NCBI GenBank assembly: GCA_963752305.1
Contig: CAVVXQ010000009.1
Span: forward strand, 1,795,759-1,859,758
Length of the DNA: 64,000 nucleotides
Direction of reading: 5' to 3'
Origin: an uncultured Chloroflexia bacterium
GTDB lineage: Bacteria > Chloroflexota > Anaerolineae > Aggregatilineales > Phototrophicaceae
In this document: piece after piece, positions 63,036-64,000 of the stretch
Layout of the letters: every line of letters begins with the position of its first letter
Position numbering within the stretch: the stretch's first letter is position 1
Position numbers and translations under genes: made by a program
Notes under the pieces: model-generated
Databases searched by the model: none
What the model was told of the DNA's origin: nothing
Seen by the model: only the letters and a program-made list of their open reading frames with translations

Positions 63036-63962
63036 TTGAACCTGTCTTCAGTCCGCACACAAACTCGTGGTCTAATCCGTTTGACCCGTTGGAAAGAATA
63101 CATCCCATTTGTCATTCCGTTAACAATCCTCGGCGCATTACTCGCCACACATCCAACCGGAATCCTACTCGACTGGCGGTTAGTCGCGGTCACTGCGGCC
63201 AATATTCTGGCAGTCGCCTATGCGTTCATGATTAATGACATAGAAGATGCGCCCGATGATGCCCGTGACCCTGAACGCGCCGCCCGTAATCCCATCTCGA
63301 CGGGAGAAATTGGAACCCATTTTGGGTATACCGCCTGTCGAATTGTAGCGGCTATCACTCTCGTTCTGTATGCGTTGGGCGGTCTACCTGCATTCGTGAT
63401 TGGTGTCGTCACGCTGCTTCTCTCACATCTCTATTCCTGGCGTCCAGTCCGGCTAAAAGCATGGCCGGTCACAGATGTGGTTTCCCATTCGCTGATGCTG
63501 AGTGGATTACTGCTCCTGGCCGGATACTTCACTTACCATTCTCAACCGGGTATTGTCTGGTTTGTAGCCGCCGGGGTGACATTGGTTTCGGTATACGGGC
63601 AACTTTATAACCAACTACGTGATTATGATATGGATAAGGCGGCTGGTCTGCACAACACTGCCATTATCCTGGGGCAGGACAATACCCGCCGCCTCATGTA
63701 CTTCACCGTTGCGCTGGCGGGCGTTTGCCTGCTGATTGCTTTTGTACAGGGGGCGTTCCCCTGGGCACTGGGATTGGCGATCATCGCCAGTATTCCTATC
63801 AGTATGCTCTTCCGTCCCAAGACCGACATGCGCGGCGGTGTAGCTGTGGATGTCAGCGGTGGATTACAGATTCAAGTCCTCATGGTCGCAAATCTGACGA
63901 TTGCTGCCTGGTTGTTATGGGCAGTCATTAATCAAGTGTGGCCGCTCCTACCAATTCGCTAG
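63036..63962 (+). CDS. UbiA-family prenyltransferase
   Basis: NDIEDAPDD...RNP, YS..P.RLK, NQLRDYDMD..AG; multiple TM helices. Confidence 0.85.
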   Translation: MNLSSVRTQTRGLIRLTRWKEYIPFVIPLTILGALLATHPTGILLDWRLVAVTAANILAVAYAFMINDIEDAPDDARDPERAARNPISTGEIGTHFGYTACRIVAAITLVLYALGGLPAFVIGVVTLLLSHLYSWRPVRLKAWPVTDVVSHSLMLSGLLLLAGYFTYHSQPGIVWFVAAGVTLVSVYGQLYNQLRDYDMDKAAGLHNTAIILGQDNTRRLMYFTVALAGVCLLIAFVQGAFPWALGLAIIASIPISMLFRPKTDMRGGVAVDVSGGLQIQVLMVANLTIAAWLLWAVINQVWPLLPIR

Positions 63963-64000
63963 TCATGGTTCATCAGGCTGTATCGGGGATGTGTATTGTC

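Noticed and set aside
1-64000. tRNA, rRNA, tmRNA or CRISPR arrays
   Set aside because: None recognised by eye; tRNAscan-SE, Infernal and a CRISPR finder would be needed to exclude them formally.

Overview
Bacterial chromosomal window, most consistent with Chloroflexota (Anaerolineae-like). That placement is inferred from gene content: Thr/Pro-rich secreted proteins, an archaellin homologue and a GAAC-N4-GTTC SOS box. Single-base indels break about 10 otherwise intact genes, which suggests an unpolished long-read assembly. Housekeeping genes include murF, ddl, glmS with an expanded glmS ribozyme, fabD, rpmF, a pseudouridine synthase, an acyltransferase and a polysaccharide cluster. Other blocks: a flavinylation electron-transfer operon, a ~1800-aa repeat surface protein next to a subtilase, an aminotransferase behind a clear leader-peptide attenuator, an orphan archaellin, and a ~10.2-kb integrative element in comM. 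The element encodes a large serine recombinase, a relaxase, a coupling ATPase, a regulator and IS3 elements, and carries a replacement comM 5' end. The most striking candidate new system is a sugar ABC cassette whose permease is fused to a GAF domain and a DNA-binding HTH. It converges on a second ABC operon whose upstream region carries six helically phased TGCAC repeats, which suggests an ABC transporter converted into a membrane-bound sensor-transcription factor. All assignments come from motif recognition; no database searches were run.
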